Shown here: piece after piece, positions 28,334 to 38,857 of the stretch
Position numbering within the stretch: the stretch's first letter is position 1
How the letters are laid out: the number at the start of each line of letters is the position of its first letter
Sequence record: NC_062581.1
DNA: 64,000 bases
Reading direction: 5' to 3' (one strand)
Made by a program: the position numbers and the translations under genes
Notes under the pieces: generated by a model
Database searches by the model: none
The model's input: the letters and a program-made list of their open reading frames with translations, nothing else
What the model was told of the DNA's origin: nothing

Positions 28334-30715
28334 ATGCTGAACCTCGGCACTTATATCCCATCGAATGAAAACTTCGATGATGCAATCCCATCCCCTCTGG
28401 TAGATGGCGATGTACCTGTTACAACTGCACCAGTTGTTGAACCTGTTGACACAGCACCTCTTCCGGTAGAAGAATTCACCGTTGAACTTCCTGCGGTATT
28501 AGATCCAACTCCATTACAACCATTAGAAGGTTCTATTATTCAAGAAGAAGTTATTGCAGCAAACCTTGATGCCGAAGCTGGCCAACTAATGGGAGCTCAA
28601 GTTGCACTTGAAGGTTACAGCAAATTGCTTCGTGGCGCTGGTAGTAACATGACCCGTCAATCTGCAGCTTTCATGGCTGTTGGTATGCAACGAGCCAACC
28701 GTATCCTGGGTGTAACCAGTCTTGGTCTAGAATCGGAAAATTCTGGTTCCCAAGTAATGGCCATGCAAAAAGCATCGGTAGACAAAGAAGGTCTTGGTGG
28801 CAAACTTAAAGAAGTTGCTGCCAAAGTTTGGGAATGGATCAAAGAAAAATATGCCCAGCTTAAAGGTTTAGCTGGCAAACTACGCGCACTCTTTAATAAA
28901 GACAAAGAGAAAGCAATTTACCTGTTGGCCGTTAGTGACGCTGTTGAATCTGGTAATCCAGGAAAAATAAAAGCATTGGAAGCTCCAGCTGGTCTTCGTG
29001 CTGCCCAAGTACTTGCACTGGAATCAGAAGGTTCTAAAGATAAACCTGTTGCGCCAAAAACAATTAGCTTACCAGCGAGCGTAGCGCGGTATGTTGTTTC
29101 TAATGGAAAGATCACACTGACATCCACTACAGGTCAAGACGTCCTAAAGAAATACATGACTGATGCCGTTGCTCTTACACGTGCCATCAATACAGCTGTC
29201 AGTAGCATGGACCAATCTACTACCGTAGAAGAAGCCACCGATATTGTTTCTGAATTGATTAAGAAACATATGGCCACTGGCACTGAACGTACCCAGTTGT
29301 TAGGTAACGTGTATGCTGTCCGTACACCTGAAGGTGTTTTGGTAATTGAAGGCGAAGAAAGTGATGACGACATTGGTACGGCTGAACTGCCACCGTTGTC
29401 TGAAGTAAATGCTTATCTAAAAACATATATCACTGGCGAAGAACCATACGCCAAAGAACTAGAAGAAGTTTACAACTCTGGTTCTGAGATTATGTCTAAT
29501 AAAGCCTTTGCTGATCCACACGTACGTCAACTGGGTGAAGCTATTTTCCGTCTTTTCCGTAGTTCTGGTGTAAACGATTCGATTACTAAAGTAAACGAAC
29601 AGATTGCTAAAGCCCACAGTGCAGCTATTGTTGCATGCGACCACATCATTGCTGCCTATGGTGGTGTAAGTAACACCATTTCCCAAGAAGACTACGAAGC
29701 ACTGCCTTCTCGTGCGTTGTCTGTAGTTCCAGGCCAATCTGGCGGTGACGGTATTGGTGCTAGCATCAAAGCTGGTTGGGCTAAGACTAAAGAGTTCTTT
29801 GCTAAGCTGTGGGAACAGTTCCGTAACTGGATCTCTAAACTTTGGGAACGTATCTTTGGTACTGAAAAGAAAGTAGACATGTTGCTGTTAACTAACGAAG
29901 CCATTCCTGATGAAGGACAAGCTCCGTCTGGTGAACCACTGGCATTGCCACCTGGTACCGGTTTGAAATCAGTTGCTGCTGCTAAATCTTTGACTGGCCC
30001 TAGTGCTCCAGGTGAAACGCCTGCTGAAGTGGTTGTTGAACCTGTTGTTGATACTGGTACAGCATTACCTAAAGGTTTCATCTACACCGATGCATTGAAG
30101 AAACTGAAACTTAGTTCTGGCTATGCGTTTGAACCTACCATTGAAGAAACGCTGATCAGTTGGTTCACTACCAGCTATAACCCAGCTGTTATCAAGATGT
30201 GGCGCGATGTAACTAGTATGGCTAACAGTAACTTTGATGTTGCTGCTTTCGATACTTGGGGTAAAGTACTTACCGACATGGCTGCCAAAGTAATGGCTGG
30301 CGCACCAGTTGGTGAAATCCCAGGTGGTCAATCGTTGGTACTCAACGAAGGAACTATTGCTTTCTCCTTTGGTGGTGGTAATGGCACTGAAAGCGAACCA
30401 GTTAAAGCGCTTAACAAACGTCAGATTGCACAGATCCTAGCTCGTCAGAAACGTGCTTACCGTGGTCTGGAACTTGCTCGTTCAGCTACCGATGAACAGA
30501 ATCGTCTACATGAACAATTCTCTCAAGTAATCGAACGTCTGATCAATAGTGCTGATGAAACCAAAGCATCACAGTACTCTGCGTTTTACACTACTGTTAA
30601 TCAACTACTGAGCAATACTGCAGTACGTCAGCTAGCGACCACTATTGGTTCTCGCTTTGATGCACGTACTACCGTTATGGATGAGATGATTGCAGCTCGT
30701 GCTAAACGTGGCTAA
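28334..30715 (+). CDS. Inner-head paralogue with two mature-domain repeats
   Basis: ALEGYSKLLRGAG..MTRQSAAFMAVGMQR; two amphipathic W-rich helices separated by SQE. Confidence 0.8.
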   Translation: MLNLGTYIPSNENFDDAIPSPLVDGDVPVTTAPVVEPVDTAPLPVEEFTVELPAVLDPTPLQPLEGSIIQEEVIAANLDAEAGQLMGAQVALEGYSKLLRGAGSNMTRQSAAFMAVGMQRANRILGVTSLGLESENSGSQVMAMQKASVDKEGLGGKLKEVAAKVWEWIKEKYAQLKGLAGKLRALFNKDKEKAIYLLAVSDAVESGNPGKIKALEAPAGLRAAQVLALESEGSKDKPVAPKTISLPASVARYVVSNGKITLTSTTGQDVLKKYMTDAVALTRAINTAVSSMDQSTTVEEATDIVSELIKKHMATGTERTQLLGNVYAVRTPEGVLVIEGEESDDDIGTAELPPLSEVNAYLKTYITGEEPYAKELEEVYNSGSEIMSNKAFADPHVRQLGEAIFRLFRSSGVNDSITKVNEQIAKAHSAAIVACDHIIAAYGGVSNTISQEDYEALPSRALSVVPGQSGGDGIGASIKAGWAKTKEFFAKLWEQFRNWISKLWERIFGTEKKVDMLLLTNEAIPDEGQAPSGEPLALPPGTGLKSVAAAKSLTGPSAPGETPAEVVVEPVVDTGTALPKGFIYTDALKKLKLSSGYAFEPTIEETLISWFTTSYNPAVIKMWRDVTSMANSNFDVAAFDTWGKVLTDMAAKVMAGAPVGEIPGGQSLVLNEGTIAFSFGGGNGTESEPVKALNKRQIAQILARQKRAYRGLELARSATDEQNRLHEQFSQVIERLINSADETKASQYSAFYTTVNQLLSNTAVRQLATTIGSRFDARTTVMDEMIAARAKRG

Positions 30716-30721
30716 ATAGAC

Positions 30722-30746
30722 GGGAGCCTTCGGGCTCCCTTTATTT
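30722..30746 (+). terminator. Intrinsic terminator
   Basis: GGGAGCC-TTCG-GGCTCCC-TTTATTT. Confidence 0.85.
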
Positions 30747-30808
30747 CGAAATGTCCAATGCTATGTTAATTGCAATTAGCACAGATTAAATTCCTTGAGG
30801 AAAGAAAC

Positions 30809-32296
30809 ATGAAATTGTCAAAACTAATGAAGGCTCTGGAAAACTACGAGGAAGCTCCTATTCCAGAATCCGTCGTTGCTGTAGCTGAAGGTAATGCTGT
30901 AGATCCACAGATCGTTGATGCGCAAGCTCCGGTCAATGAGCCGTCAACTATTGTTGATGCTGGTGAGATGCCTGCTGGCGTTCCTGAAGTATCCCCACTG
31001 CCAATTATTGCAGAAGCTCCAATCGTTTCACCAGTTGCAGATATCCCTGCTGCTGTAGAAGGTGAAGGCGTTGTAGGTGCACCTATTCCTCTGGAAACTG
31101 GTGATCAACTGATTATTGAATCTCCACTGGATCATGACAACACCATGGCCATGATGGATAACACGATTGTTGAATCCACCGCAATGGGTAATGAACTTAC
31201 CGAGATTGTAGAAACCCAAGTGGCTATGGAAGCTTACGCTAAACTTCTGCGTCAAGCTGGCCCGGATGGTATTACCCGTCAAGCTGCTGGCTTTATGCGT
31301 GTAGGTCTGGAACAATTCCAACATGATGGTCACGTAGACTTCAGTCAACTGATTGCTTCCATGGAAGACATGGGTGAAGGTGACAAACAGCATCTGGTTC
31401 CTGCTAAACTGAAATCGGATTCTCTGGGTAGTAAGATCAAAGAACTGGCTGCCAAAGTTTGGGAATGGTTGAAAGGTTTGTGGGAAAAGAGTAAGACGTT
31501 TGTTACCCAGTTGCTGCAAGGCGTTGTTGGTCTGGAACGTAAGCTGAAGAAAGCTCAGTCTGCTGCACAGGCTGCTGGTTCTAAATCGGGTGGGGAATTC
31601 AAAGTACCTAATCCAGATCGTATCGCTATTGCTGGTAAAGTAACTATTGGTTATCCTAACGAACTGAAAGCAGTTTCTATGCTGGCTACTAACGTGTATC
31701 CAGAGCGTATGGCTGAGTTCTATAATGCTGTTGCTGCAGCTATTGGTAACTTTGATGTTGCTGCTGGTGATTCCCAAGAAGTAATGGGTAAGCTGGAAGA
31801 CGCTAAGGCTATCTTGGATGACGTGAAAGCTACAGATCGTCCGTTGCCTGGTGGCGTTAAGATTGATGTATCGGAATCCGGTGTATCGTTTGGTATTGCT
31901 GAAGGTGAAGGTGGTGACGTAAGTGAAACTACTGCTCAAGCTCGTTCTGGGTCTACTATTGCTTCTGATCTGAAAGACATGTTTATTGTTCTGGAAGGTT
32001 TGAAAGGTTATGGCAAACGTCATGAAGCCATGTCGGCTGCTGCTGCCAAAGTTGGTCAAGCTCTAGAGAAACTGAAAACCGAATCGTCGGGTGAGAATCT
32101 GGAAGATGCTGCCGCTACCACTGCTGAAGAAATTACTTCTGCTGTTGGTAAACTGTTGCACCAAGCTAACCCTCGCGGTAATGAAATTGTTCGTTACCTG
32201 GCTCGTACCACTTCGGCTTATGCAGATGTAATTCTGGCTGAGTTGAAAGTAGATGGCGCTGCTGGTAGTGACTCTAAAGAAGTTGCCGTTGCTTAA
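30809..32296 (+). CDS. Inner-head paralogue family protein
   Basis: GAGG SD; AMEAYAKLLRQAGPDGITRQAAGFMRVGLE, SME, KVWEWLKGLWEK. Confidence 0.8.
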   Translation: MKLSKLMKALENYEEAPIPESVVAVAEGNAVDPQIVDAQAPVNEPSTIVDAGEMPAGVPEVSPLPIIAEAPIVSPVADIPAAVEGEGVVGAPIPLETGDQLIIESPLDHDNTMAMMDNTIVESTAMGNELTEIVETQVAMEAYAKLLRQAGPDGITRQAAGFMRVGLEQFQHDGHVDFSQLIASMEDMGEGDKQHLVPAKLKSDSLGSKIKELAAKVWEWLKGLWEKSKTFVTQLLQGVVGLERKLKKAQSAAQAAGSKSGGEFKVPNPDRIAIAGKVTIGYPNELKAVSMLATNVYPERMAEFYNAVAAAIGNFDVAAGDSQEVMGKLEDAKAILDDVKATDRPLPGGVKIDVSESGVSFGIAEGEGGDVSETTAQARSGSTIASDLKDMFIVLEGLKGYGKRHEAMSAAAAKVGQALEKLKTESSGENLEDAAATTAEEITSAVGKLLHQANPRGNEIVRYLARTTSAYADVILAELKVDGAAGSDSKEVAVA

Positions 32297-32304
32297 AACT
32301 ATAG

Positions 32305-32330
32305 ACGAGGCCTAGTGCCTCGTTTTATGT
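32305..32330 (+). terminator. Hairpin followed by TTTTATG
   Basis: ACGAGGC-CTAGT-GCCTCGT. Confidence 0.65.
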
Positions 32331-32343
32331 TAGGAGGGTCCAC

Positions 32344-33507
32344 ATGGACTTTAAAGAAAGGCTTAAACGATTAGAAGAACGTCGTGGTGAATCCAGTGAT
32401 GACTGGATGGCTAAGTTCTATCAGGAAACTGGTGGTGATGCTAATGAAAGCATTTTAAAGATTGCTGAACTGTTAGGTGATTCTGATGAGAACATGTCTG
32501 AAGAAATCATTGATCTGGTAGGTGGCTTGGAACATTACCAAAGCTACGAGTCTATTGGTGACACTCCATTCTTCTTTACTGGGATGGAAGGCATTGGCGA
32601 TACAGTGGTGCGTATCTTTGATCGGATCATTGCTTTCATTAAAAAATGGATTAAGGTATTAGCAGACGCCGACTTTAAGTTATCTTTGCATGCTGCGTTA
32701 CATACACACAGCTTAGAAAACATTCGCACACAAATGCGGACTACTGGTCGTAAAGCAAATAACCGTCCATTCTTTCCGGTATATACCCGTGTTGCTAATT
32801 TATCAGTAAACTATCGCCCTATTACAAATGCACCTAACCTAGTTAATGCGTTAACTGTATTACGTGCTGTGGCCGATGCTTACTTTAAACAACATGCTGA
32901 TCATGTACTGGGTCAAGTACAACAAGTAGTGATTGCAGTTGCCCAACAGAAACCTGCTTCTTTCTTAGCGGAACAAATGAAACAAGTCAGCCCAGTTAAT
33001 GTAGGTACTGCACCTATTATGAAACTGGATGCTCTGCAATATGTATCACCGCACTTAATGGGTGGTCATCGTTTCATTATCACTAATGCTAACGCAAACA
33101 GTTCTGACCCTACGGATAATGTCAATGGCACACGTGTTAAGTTAGAGCCTTCACAGCTAACTCCTGTTGAAGCACCTGCAGCTATTAACTTTGAATACTT
33201 TGATGCTGGTATGACTGAAGCAGTTCTTTCAAAATGTGATAGTATTCTTACCATTTTGTCTGAGTCTAACAATGGTCCACACCGTCACCAACGTAGACAA
33301 GCCCTAGCAGCTCTTCTGGCTGCCGTAGAGCGCGTTAACGAAGAGATACAACGCAATGGTGTACGTGACGAAGAATCAGCCCGTGCTGTAGTTGCAGTGC
33401 TTGAATCTTACATTGCTTGGATTGCTGATCCATATACCTCTTTCTATGCGTACGTATTACGTAATGTTCGTGCAGCTTTAAATGTCTGCGAAGCCAACAT
33501 TGCTTAG
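32344..33507 (+). CDS. Head protein, inner-head paralogue-like
   Basis: AGGAGG SD; GLE, SYE, GME sites then RIIAFIKKWIK helix. Confidence 0.75.
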   Translation: MDFKERLKRLEERRGESSDDWMAKFYQETGGDANESILKIAELLGDSDENMSEEIIDLVGGLEHYQSYESIGDTPFFFTGMEGIGDTVVRIFDRIIAFIKKWIKVLADADFKLSLHAALHTHSLENIRTQMRTTGRKANNRPFFPVYTRVANLSVNYRPITNAPNLVNALTVLRAVADAYFKQHADHVLGQVQQVVIAVAQQKPASFLAEQMKQVSPVNVGTAPIMKLDALQYVSPHLMGGHRFIITNANANSSDPTDNVNGTRVKLEPSQLTPVEAPAAINFEYFDAGMTEAVLSKCDSILTILSESNNGPHRHQRRQALAALLAAVERVNEEIQRNGVRDEESARAVVAVLESYIAWIADPYTSFYAYVLRNVRAALNVCEANIA

Positions 33508-33606
33508 TTTTGCGCAATCTTGTGAAACGACGTTTCGTCCAAAATTGTCGGGCTGTGTCGAGGACGAACGACATGGCCGCAAATTAATCCTGTACAGGTA
33601 AAGAAA

Positions 33607-35721
33607 ATGAATATTCTGAACTACCTCACTCCTACGTTTGAGGATTTTGTTGATGCGCCAGTTGGTGCTGATCAACTTGCACATAACGCCACTGCACCTG
33701 CTGGTGAACCCGGTATTGCCCCAGTAGCAGAAACTACTCCTGACTCTCTGGAAATTCCAGAATCGGTTGGTCCTGCTTTGGTTGCTACTTCCGACGAAGT
33801 ACAGGCTGCTGCTGTAGTTGAAGACGCCGCTCACAATGAAGCCGCTCAAGCTGCAGAACAAGCTACCGCTGCTGACACTGCCGTAATTGAACAAGCTGCT
33901 GTTGCACCTGCTGAAGCTAGTGCCGCTGCTACCGATACACCTGCTGAGGGTACTACTGATGTTCCAGAGCAAACTGATGCTTCCGCTGGTACTACTGATC
34001 TCGGTGGTAGTGGCGATGACGGTGGTACTGCTGGCGATGAGCTGGGCGGGGATGCTGGTGATAGCGGTACTGGTACTGATGATGCTGGATCAACTAGCGA
34101 TCTGGGTGATGATGCTCCGCTGGAAAGCGAAACAGACTTGGGTGAAGCTGGAGCGGAAACTTCGGAAGTAACTGAAGAACCTGCCGCAACAGAAGAAACC
34201 ACTGCTGAAGAAATTCCAGCAGAAGATGGCCTCGGTGAAACCGAAGGCGAAGAAGGTGAAGAAGATGGTCTGGGGGACGGAGCTGAAAGTGGTGCCGAAA
34301 CCGGTGAAGCCCAAAGCGAAACCGAAGAAGAAAGCACGGAAGAAACCGAAACCGAAGAAACCGGTAGCGAAGCCACTGGTGAAGAAGAGTCCGGTGAAAG
34401 CGAAGGCGAAAGTGAAACCAGCGAAGAAGAAGAAACTGAAGCCGGTTCCGAAGAAACCGATAGCGCTGAAGATGACGGGGTGGACATCGATATTCCCGAC
34501 GTAGATGTTGAGACCGATGAAGACGACGTTGCTGAAGCTGAAGAAGAAGCTGCTGAAGCTCTTGCTGAAGACGAAGAACTGGAAGATGAAATTGTCGACA
34601 CCAGTAAGTCTGTAGATGAGCTGGATGAAGACACTGCTTCGGTGGAAGAATTCATTGGTGTACTCCAACATGGTATTCGCACTAAGCGTTTCAATGCACA
34701 GACTGTAGCTTTGGCCCAATCTAAACTGCAGAAGCTTTCGGGTAAATGGCAAAGCGAATCTCCAGTAATTCCTTCGATGGAAGATTACTCGGAACAGAAC
34801 CTTGCTGAATACTACACCAACTCTCTGGAATCTTTCTCCAGCTTCCTGAAGAAAATCAAGCACGTACGCGATCAGTTCCTGGACAACTTTGCTAAGAAGA
34901 TGAATGATAAGATTCATTTGAAAGCAGTAGAGACAGAAATTGCCGCCATCAACAAAGCACTTGATGTTCAAATCGTTCGTATCAAAGGACTGGAACTGAC
35001 AGAAGCTGCTACCGTTAAGGTACCTGCTCCGCTGCGTGGTGAAGGTGGTCCAGTAAAAGCTGTTACCGCTGAGCTACAATGGTTGGGTGAAGTTGCTAAC
35101 GTATTCAGTCACGACAAGAAGTGGTTTGAAGGTGTTGCTGGCCTGCTGGCTACCGCTGTTAAAGAAGGCGACGCACTTAAGTCTACCGCCACTATTAACA
35201 AAGCACTGAAACTCCCACTGCCTGTTAAGTCTTACCCTGCTGGTGTATTCAGTGGTTCTCAACTGACTACTTTCAATTTCGAGAAGTCGGATAAGAAAGC
35301 TACCGGTAGCATGGCGGAAGACATGGCCTCGTTGGCTGACCGTGCAATCCCAGAAGCTAATGGCCATGCCGTAGCAACTGGTAAAGGTCCTGAAACTGTT
35401 ACCTTGAAGAAAACTGATCTGGTCAAAATGCTGCAACTGGCTAAAGTACTGATTGGTCTTTCGCGTGGTACAGCTGGTGCTGCTGGTAAAGGCATTGTTG
35501 ATACCATCGATATTGTTAACCGTTCGAAGTCTGAACTGAACCAGAAAGATGCTAAAACTGGTGATGCTCCTACTCGCGCTGCTAACGAGAAAGCATTGGA
35601 TAAATTGGTTACTCAGTTCTGGGTTGGTCTACACCACTCGACTGAAAACTATTCGCACTTCCAATGGCACATCGTAACCCTGGCGGACAATCTTGTTCAC
35701 CTGGTTAAGAAAGTCAAGTAA
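33607..35721 (+). CDS. Inner-head paralogue with very long acidic low-complexity prodomain
   Basis: About 340 aa of A/E/D/T/G-rich sequence, then SVE, SME and SLE sites and FLKKIK helix. Confidence 0.8.
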   Translation: MNILNYLTPTFEDFVDAPVGADQLAHNATAPAGEPGIAPVAETTPDSLEIPESVGPALVATSDEVQAAAVVEDAAHNEAAQAAEQATAADTAVIEQAAVAPAEASAAATDTPAEGTTDVPEQTDASAGTTDLGGSGDDGGTAGDELGGDAGDSGTGTDDAGSTSDLGDDAPLESETDLGEAGAETSEVTEEPAATEETTAEEIPAEDGLGETEGEEGEEDGLGDGAESGAETGEAQSETEEESTEETETEETGSEATGEEESGESEGESETSEEEETEAGSEETDSAEDDGVDIDIPDVDVETDEDDVAEAEEEAAEALAEDEELEDEIVDTSKSVDELDEDTASVEEFIGVLQHGIRTKRFNAQTVALAQSKLQKLSGKWQSESPVIPSMEDYSEQNLAEYYTNSLESFSSFLKKIKHVRDQFLDNFAKKMNDKIHLKAVETEIAAINKALDVQIVRIKGLELTEAATVKVPAPLRGEGGPVKAVTAELQWLGEVANVFSHDKKWFEGVAGLLATAVKEGDALKSTATINKALKLPLPVKSYPAGVFSGSQLTTFNFEKSDKKATGSMAEDMASLADRAIPEANGHAVATGKGPETVTLKKTDLVKMLQLAKVLIGLSRGTAGAAGKGIVDTIDIVNRSKSELNQKDAKTGDAPTRAANEKALDKLVTQFWVGLHHSTENYSHFQWHIVTLADNLVHLVKKVK

Positions 35722-35724
35722 CAA

Positions 35725-35774
35725 CATAGACGCCTTCCCCTAGTGGGAAGGCTTTATGCCGAATCTTATGACTT
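35725..35774 (+). promoter_or_regulatory. Hairpin plus TATG late-promoter-like module
   Basis: GCCTTCCC-CTAGT-GGGAAGGC-TTTATGCCG-AATCTTATGACTT. Confidence 0.6.
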
Positions 35775-35798
35775 TCAAAAACTAACGAGGGGATTCAC

Positions 35799-37421
35799 AT
35801 GCCTCACGCACTAATGGTTCTACCCGATACTTACGAGTCTATTACTCGACGTGTTGCCGTAGACTTGACAGAACAACTGTCGAAGATTATTGACATCCCA
35901 GAAAATACCCAAGTTTATCTACCTGGTAATTCTGAAAAGATTCCACTTGATCAAGGTAACTTTGGTGCATGTTGCGCTACCAAGATTGTTTATGACCCTG
36001 AGGCACGTGTGGTCATTCGTTACACCGACATTGCTGATGATAACTTTTCGTTGCCTACTGCAGTTGATACGTTTAAGAACTTAGCTGTTTGGGAAGATCC
36101 TATTCGAGATATCCAGGTTAGTCCAGTTCGACGTATGCTTGACTTCCGTGTGGACATTGAATATCAATCAGATGGCATTGTGACTGCTCGCCGTTGGTTA
36201 GATACACAACGTGCACGTATTTCTCGTGGTGGTGCAGAACTAACATTGAAACTAGATTACTACTACATGTTACCGCGCCCTTTACAAGCACTGTTGCGTG
36301 GTATGTACGATACTATTCAATGTAGTGATTGGCCTATTGAAGAAACCTTTCCTGAATACATGGATAAGTATTTCTGGCAATCCAATACACATGTCTGCAC
36401 ATTAACCATGCAGCATCAACAACCAGCTATTCGCGAACGTCAATTAGATGTAGTGGGTTGGTTTGATTTTACAGGTACGCCGGATACACCAGCAGCTAAC
36501 TCAGATAAAGCCGGAGCTTACACTGTATCGGTAACATATACTTTACGGTTTGAACAACCTACACATTTGTATGTTCGTTATCCATTGGTCTGCCATCAGA
36601 ATCCTATTCCTAATTTGTTCTGGCCTAAAGAGCAACCTAAGCGTTATAAAGAGATTGATCGAAAACAGTCTTATCTACGTGGACCTTTAGATAATCGTTT
36701 TGTTGTACCTCGACCTAAACACGTTCCTTACATTCAATACCCAAGGGTGAATGATTGGACTACCCAGAATAAACCGTACGATGCATTTACGTTTTATACT
36801 GGACTGGTTAGTATTGAGAAAGACGATCGCCGTAGTTTGTTGGATCTAACTAACATTGGGGATTGGCATTTTACTGAACACTTCATGGAATATTTCACTG
36901 ATCTAGGTACTGGATGCATTACTCGGCCAGGTGGATTGTTTAATTTCCGTTTGTACAAAAACAATGAGTGGATGGATTTACAATTAGAATTGGAACCCGG
37001 TACAACAATGCTGCGTGCTCCATTTGATCTAGATCCTACTAAGTACTACCATATTGAAATCTCTATTGATCGAAATTGGTGGGCAGTTCATGATCGTATT
37101 TGGAAATGCTTACGTCGTTACCCAACTGTGTTTTGGACCATTTGTAATTTGTTCAATGTAAGTGTTGGTCGTAGACCGATGAACCGAATGAAATTGTTGG
37201 GTGTTAAATTACCTAAGCGGTTGTTCAAAGAAGGTTGTCCTGGTGAAGGTACTTCTAAGTGGACTAAAGATGTTCCTGTGTTTAAGACAGGGGAAGTTAA
37301 TTGGAATGACATTACTAAAGCTAGGCAAGAAATGGAATTACGTGGAGGTCCTTGGTTTAAAGGAAACCGTAATAACATCATGACTGTGCTATGTGGTGAC
37401 ATTGTAACAACGAGGAAATAA
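35799..37421 (+). CDS. Virion structural protein (phiKZ gp98-like by synteny)
   Basis: 540 aa; GAGG SD; first gene of a tightly packed four-gene block. Confidence 0.7.
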   Translation: MPHALMVLPDTYESITRRVAVDLTEQLSKIIDIPENTQVYLPGNSEKIPLDQGNFGACCATKIVYDPEARVVIRYTDIADDNFSLPTAVDTFKNLAVWEDPIRDIQVSPVRRMLDFRVDIEYQSDGIVTARRWLDTQRARISRGGAELTLKLDYYYMLPRPLQALLRGMYDTIQCSDWPIEETFPEYMDKYFWQSNTHVCTLTMQHQQPAIRERQLDVVGWFDFTGTPDTPAANSDKAGAYTVSVTYTLRFEQPTHLYVRYPLVCHQNPIPNLFWPKEQPKRYKEIDRKQSYLRGPLDNRFVVPRPKHVPYIQYPRVNDWTTQNKPYDAFTFYTGLVSIEKDDRRSLLDLTNIGDWHFTEHFMEYFTDLGTGCITRPGGLFNFRLYKNNEWMDLQLELEPGTTMLRAPFDLDPTKYYHIEISIDRNWWAVHDRIWKCLRRYPTVFWTICNLFNVSVGRRPMNRMKLLGVKLPKRLFKEGCPGEGTSKWTKDVPVFKTGEVNWNDITKARQEMELRGGPWFKGNRNNIMTVLCGDIVTTRK

Positions 37422-37422
37422 A

Positions 37423-38850
37423 ATGCCTATCGTAGAACAAAATAAAGTTACGGATGAGGATTGCTATGACCCAGGTCAAGGCCCTATCCCGGAAAGTGCG
37501 GTACGTATTGAGAATGAAGTCTTTCGTGGTATTACCATTGATAAAGAATACGCTCCCCCTTCTGCATTGATGCAGTGGACTTCTGGTTCTAACTGGATTG
37601 TTGACTATTGGTCTCAGATCCTAAAGCCCAACCAAGAACCAACACCGCAGAACGTTAACCGTGAACCACATGCACAACAGTATCGTTGGTTGAAACGTAT
37701 TCCGTTAAAAGTTAACCAAACGTTGTCTTCTGATTCTGATGACACAATCAACGTATGGACACGTACTGGTGGTGGTCACACTTATGGTTTCATGACTCCT
37801 AACCAAGGAGACATGTTTGCTGCAGGTATTGGTAATGGTCACACTGGTTTATTTGTTATCACGTCAGCTAAACGAGTAACCATTCAGAAAGGTTCTACTT
37901 ACGCTGTTGAATGGAAACAAGTCAGTGAGCTTACCGAAGAGCGTTACAACGATCTAAAACGTAAATCGGAAGAAGAGTACTGGTTCTCGGCTGCTTCGGC
38001 TAATGCTGGGTGTGGTCCATTTGTATCTAACGAAGAACAACAACGTACTTTCATTTATGGTAAACTACTGCGTACTTTAGTAGATAGTTACATCACTGAC
38101 TTCTTTTCAAAAGAACACTCAACGTTCTTAGTACCTGATCAGTTGTATAAGTCTTACGATCACTGGGTAACTAAAGCATTTGTTTCTATGGTTGATACGA
38201 CCATGGACGGGCGTATGCGGAAAGTGAAGCTACTGAACGTAATGTCTGAACCTGTAATGTCCCAGCCCACTATTTGGGATGCAATCATTCGACATGACAT
38301 GGATAAGATTACCGACTCAACTGAACGTTGTCATTTGGTGAATACTAAGATTTCACGTTGGCGTCCAGAACTTCAAGCTATCGGTTATTCGGGTATTCCT
38401 CGGTTTGTGTTTCCTATGGAAGCTCCTACCGATGTAGATTCACAATACGATGGTGAAGATCGAGCACGACCATGGGGTATTCCATTTCATGAAGGTCAAC
38501 CACGTCGTCCATTGCCAGGTCCTTATCGGACACAGCTAGAAAGAAACCTGGAATGGTTCCGTCGTGTTAAACCTGAAGATGAAAGAAATTATGTTGGACA
38601 AGAGTATCGCATTCCTGCAGATATTCATCCTGTAGTCCGTGATAACTTTTATGTATTTACTGAGTCGTTTTATCGTTGTGATACCCATCTCCAATCTAAG
38701 TTGGAAATGTTAGCCACTTCAATGATTCGTCGTGAAGAAATAAACAAAAAACAATTTGATGCAATGTTAGAAAACATCCGGTATTGGGATAACCTTGAAC
38801 GGTATTATTACTACCCGGTTGTGATCGCATTGCTGAAGTATGCAATGTAG
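37423..38850 (+). CDS. Virion structural protein (phiKZ gp99-like by synteny)
   Basis: 475 aa; GAGGA SD. Confidence 0.7.
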   Translation: MPIVEQNKVTDEDCYDPGQGPIPESAVRIENEVFRGITIDKEYAPPSALMQWTSGSNWIVDYWSQILKPNQEPTPQNVNREPHAQQYRWLKRIPLKVNQTLSSDSDDTINVWTRTGGGHTYGFMTPNQGDMFAAGIGNGHTGLFVITSAKRVTIQKGSTYAVEWKQVSELTEERYNDLKRKSEEEYWFSAASANAGCGPFVSNEEQQRTFIYGKLLRTLVDSYITDFFSKEHSTFLVPDQLYKSYDHWVTKAFVSMVDTTMDGRMRKVKLLNVMSEPVMSQPTIWDAIIRHDMDKITDSTERCHLVNTKISRWRPELQAIGYSGIPRFVFPMEAPTDVDSQYDGEDRARPWGIPFHEGQPRRPLPGPYRTQLERNLEWFRRVKPEDERNYVGQEYRIPADIHPVVRDNFYVFTESFYRCDTHLQSKLEMLATSMIRREEINKKQFDAMLENIRYWDNLERYYYYPVVIALLKYAM

Positions 38851-38857
38851 GTAAACT

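Noticed and set aside
31028-32059. 343-aa antisense ORF
   Set aside because: Shadow of a strongly codon-biased structural gene; no motifs
34226-34504. Lys/Pro-rich histone H1-like ORF in the +1 frame
   Set aside because: It is the expected shifted reading of GAA/ACC-rich acidic codons in the 704-aa gene and has no convincing SD
33846-34971. Two long minus-strand ORFs (282 and 293 aa), Ser- or Phe-rich
   Set aside because: Antisense shadows of the low-complexity acidic tract
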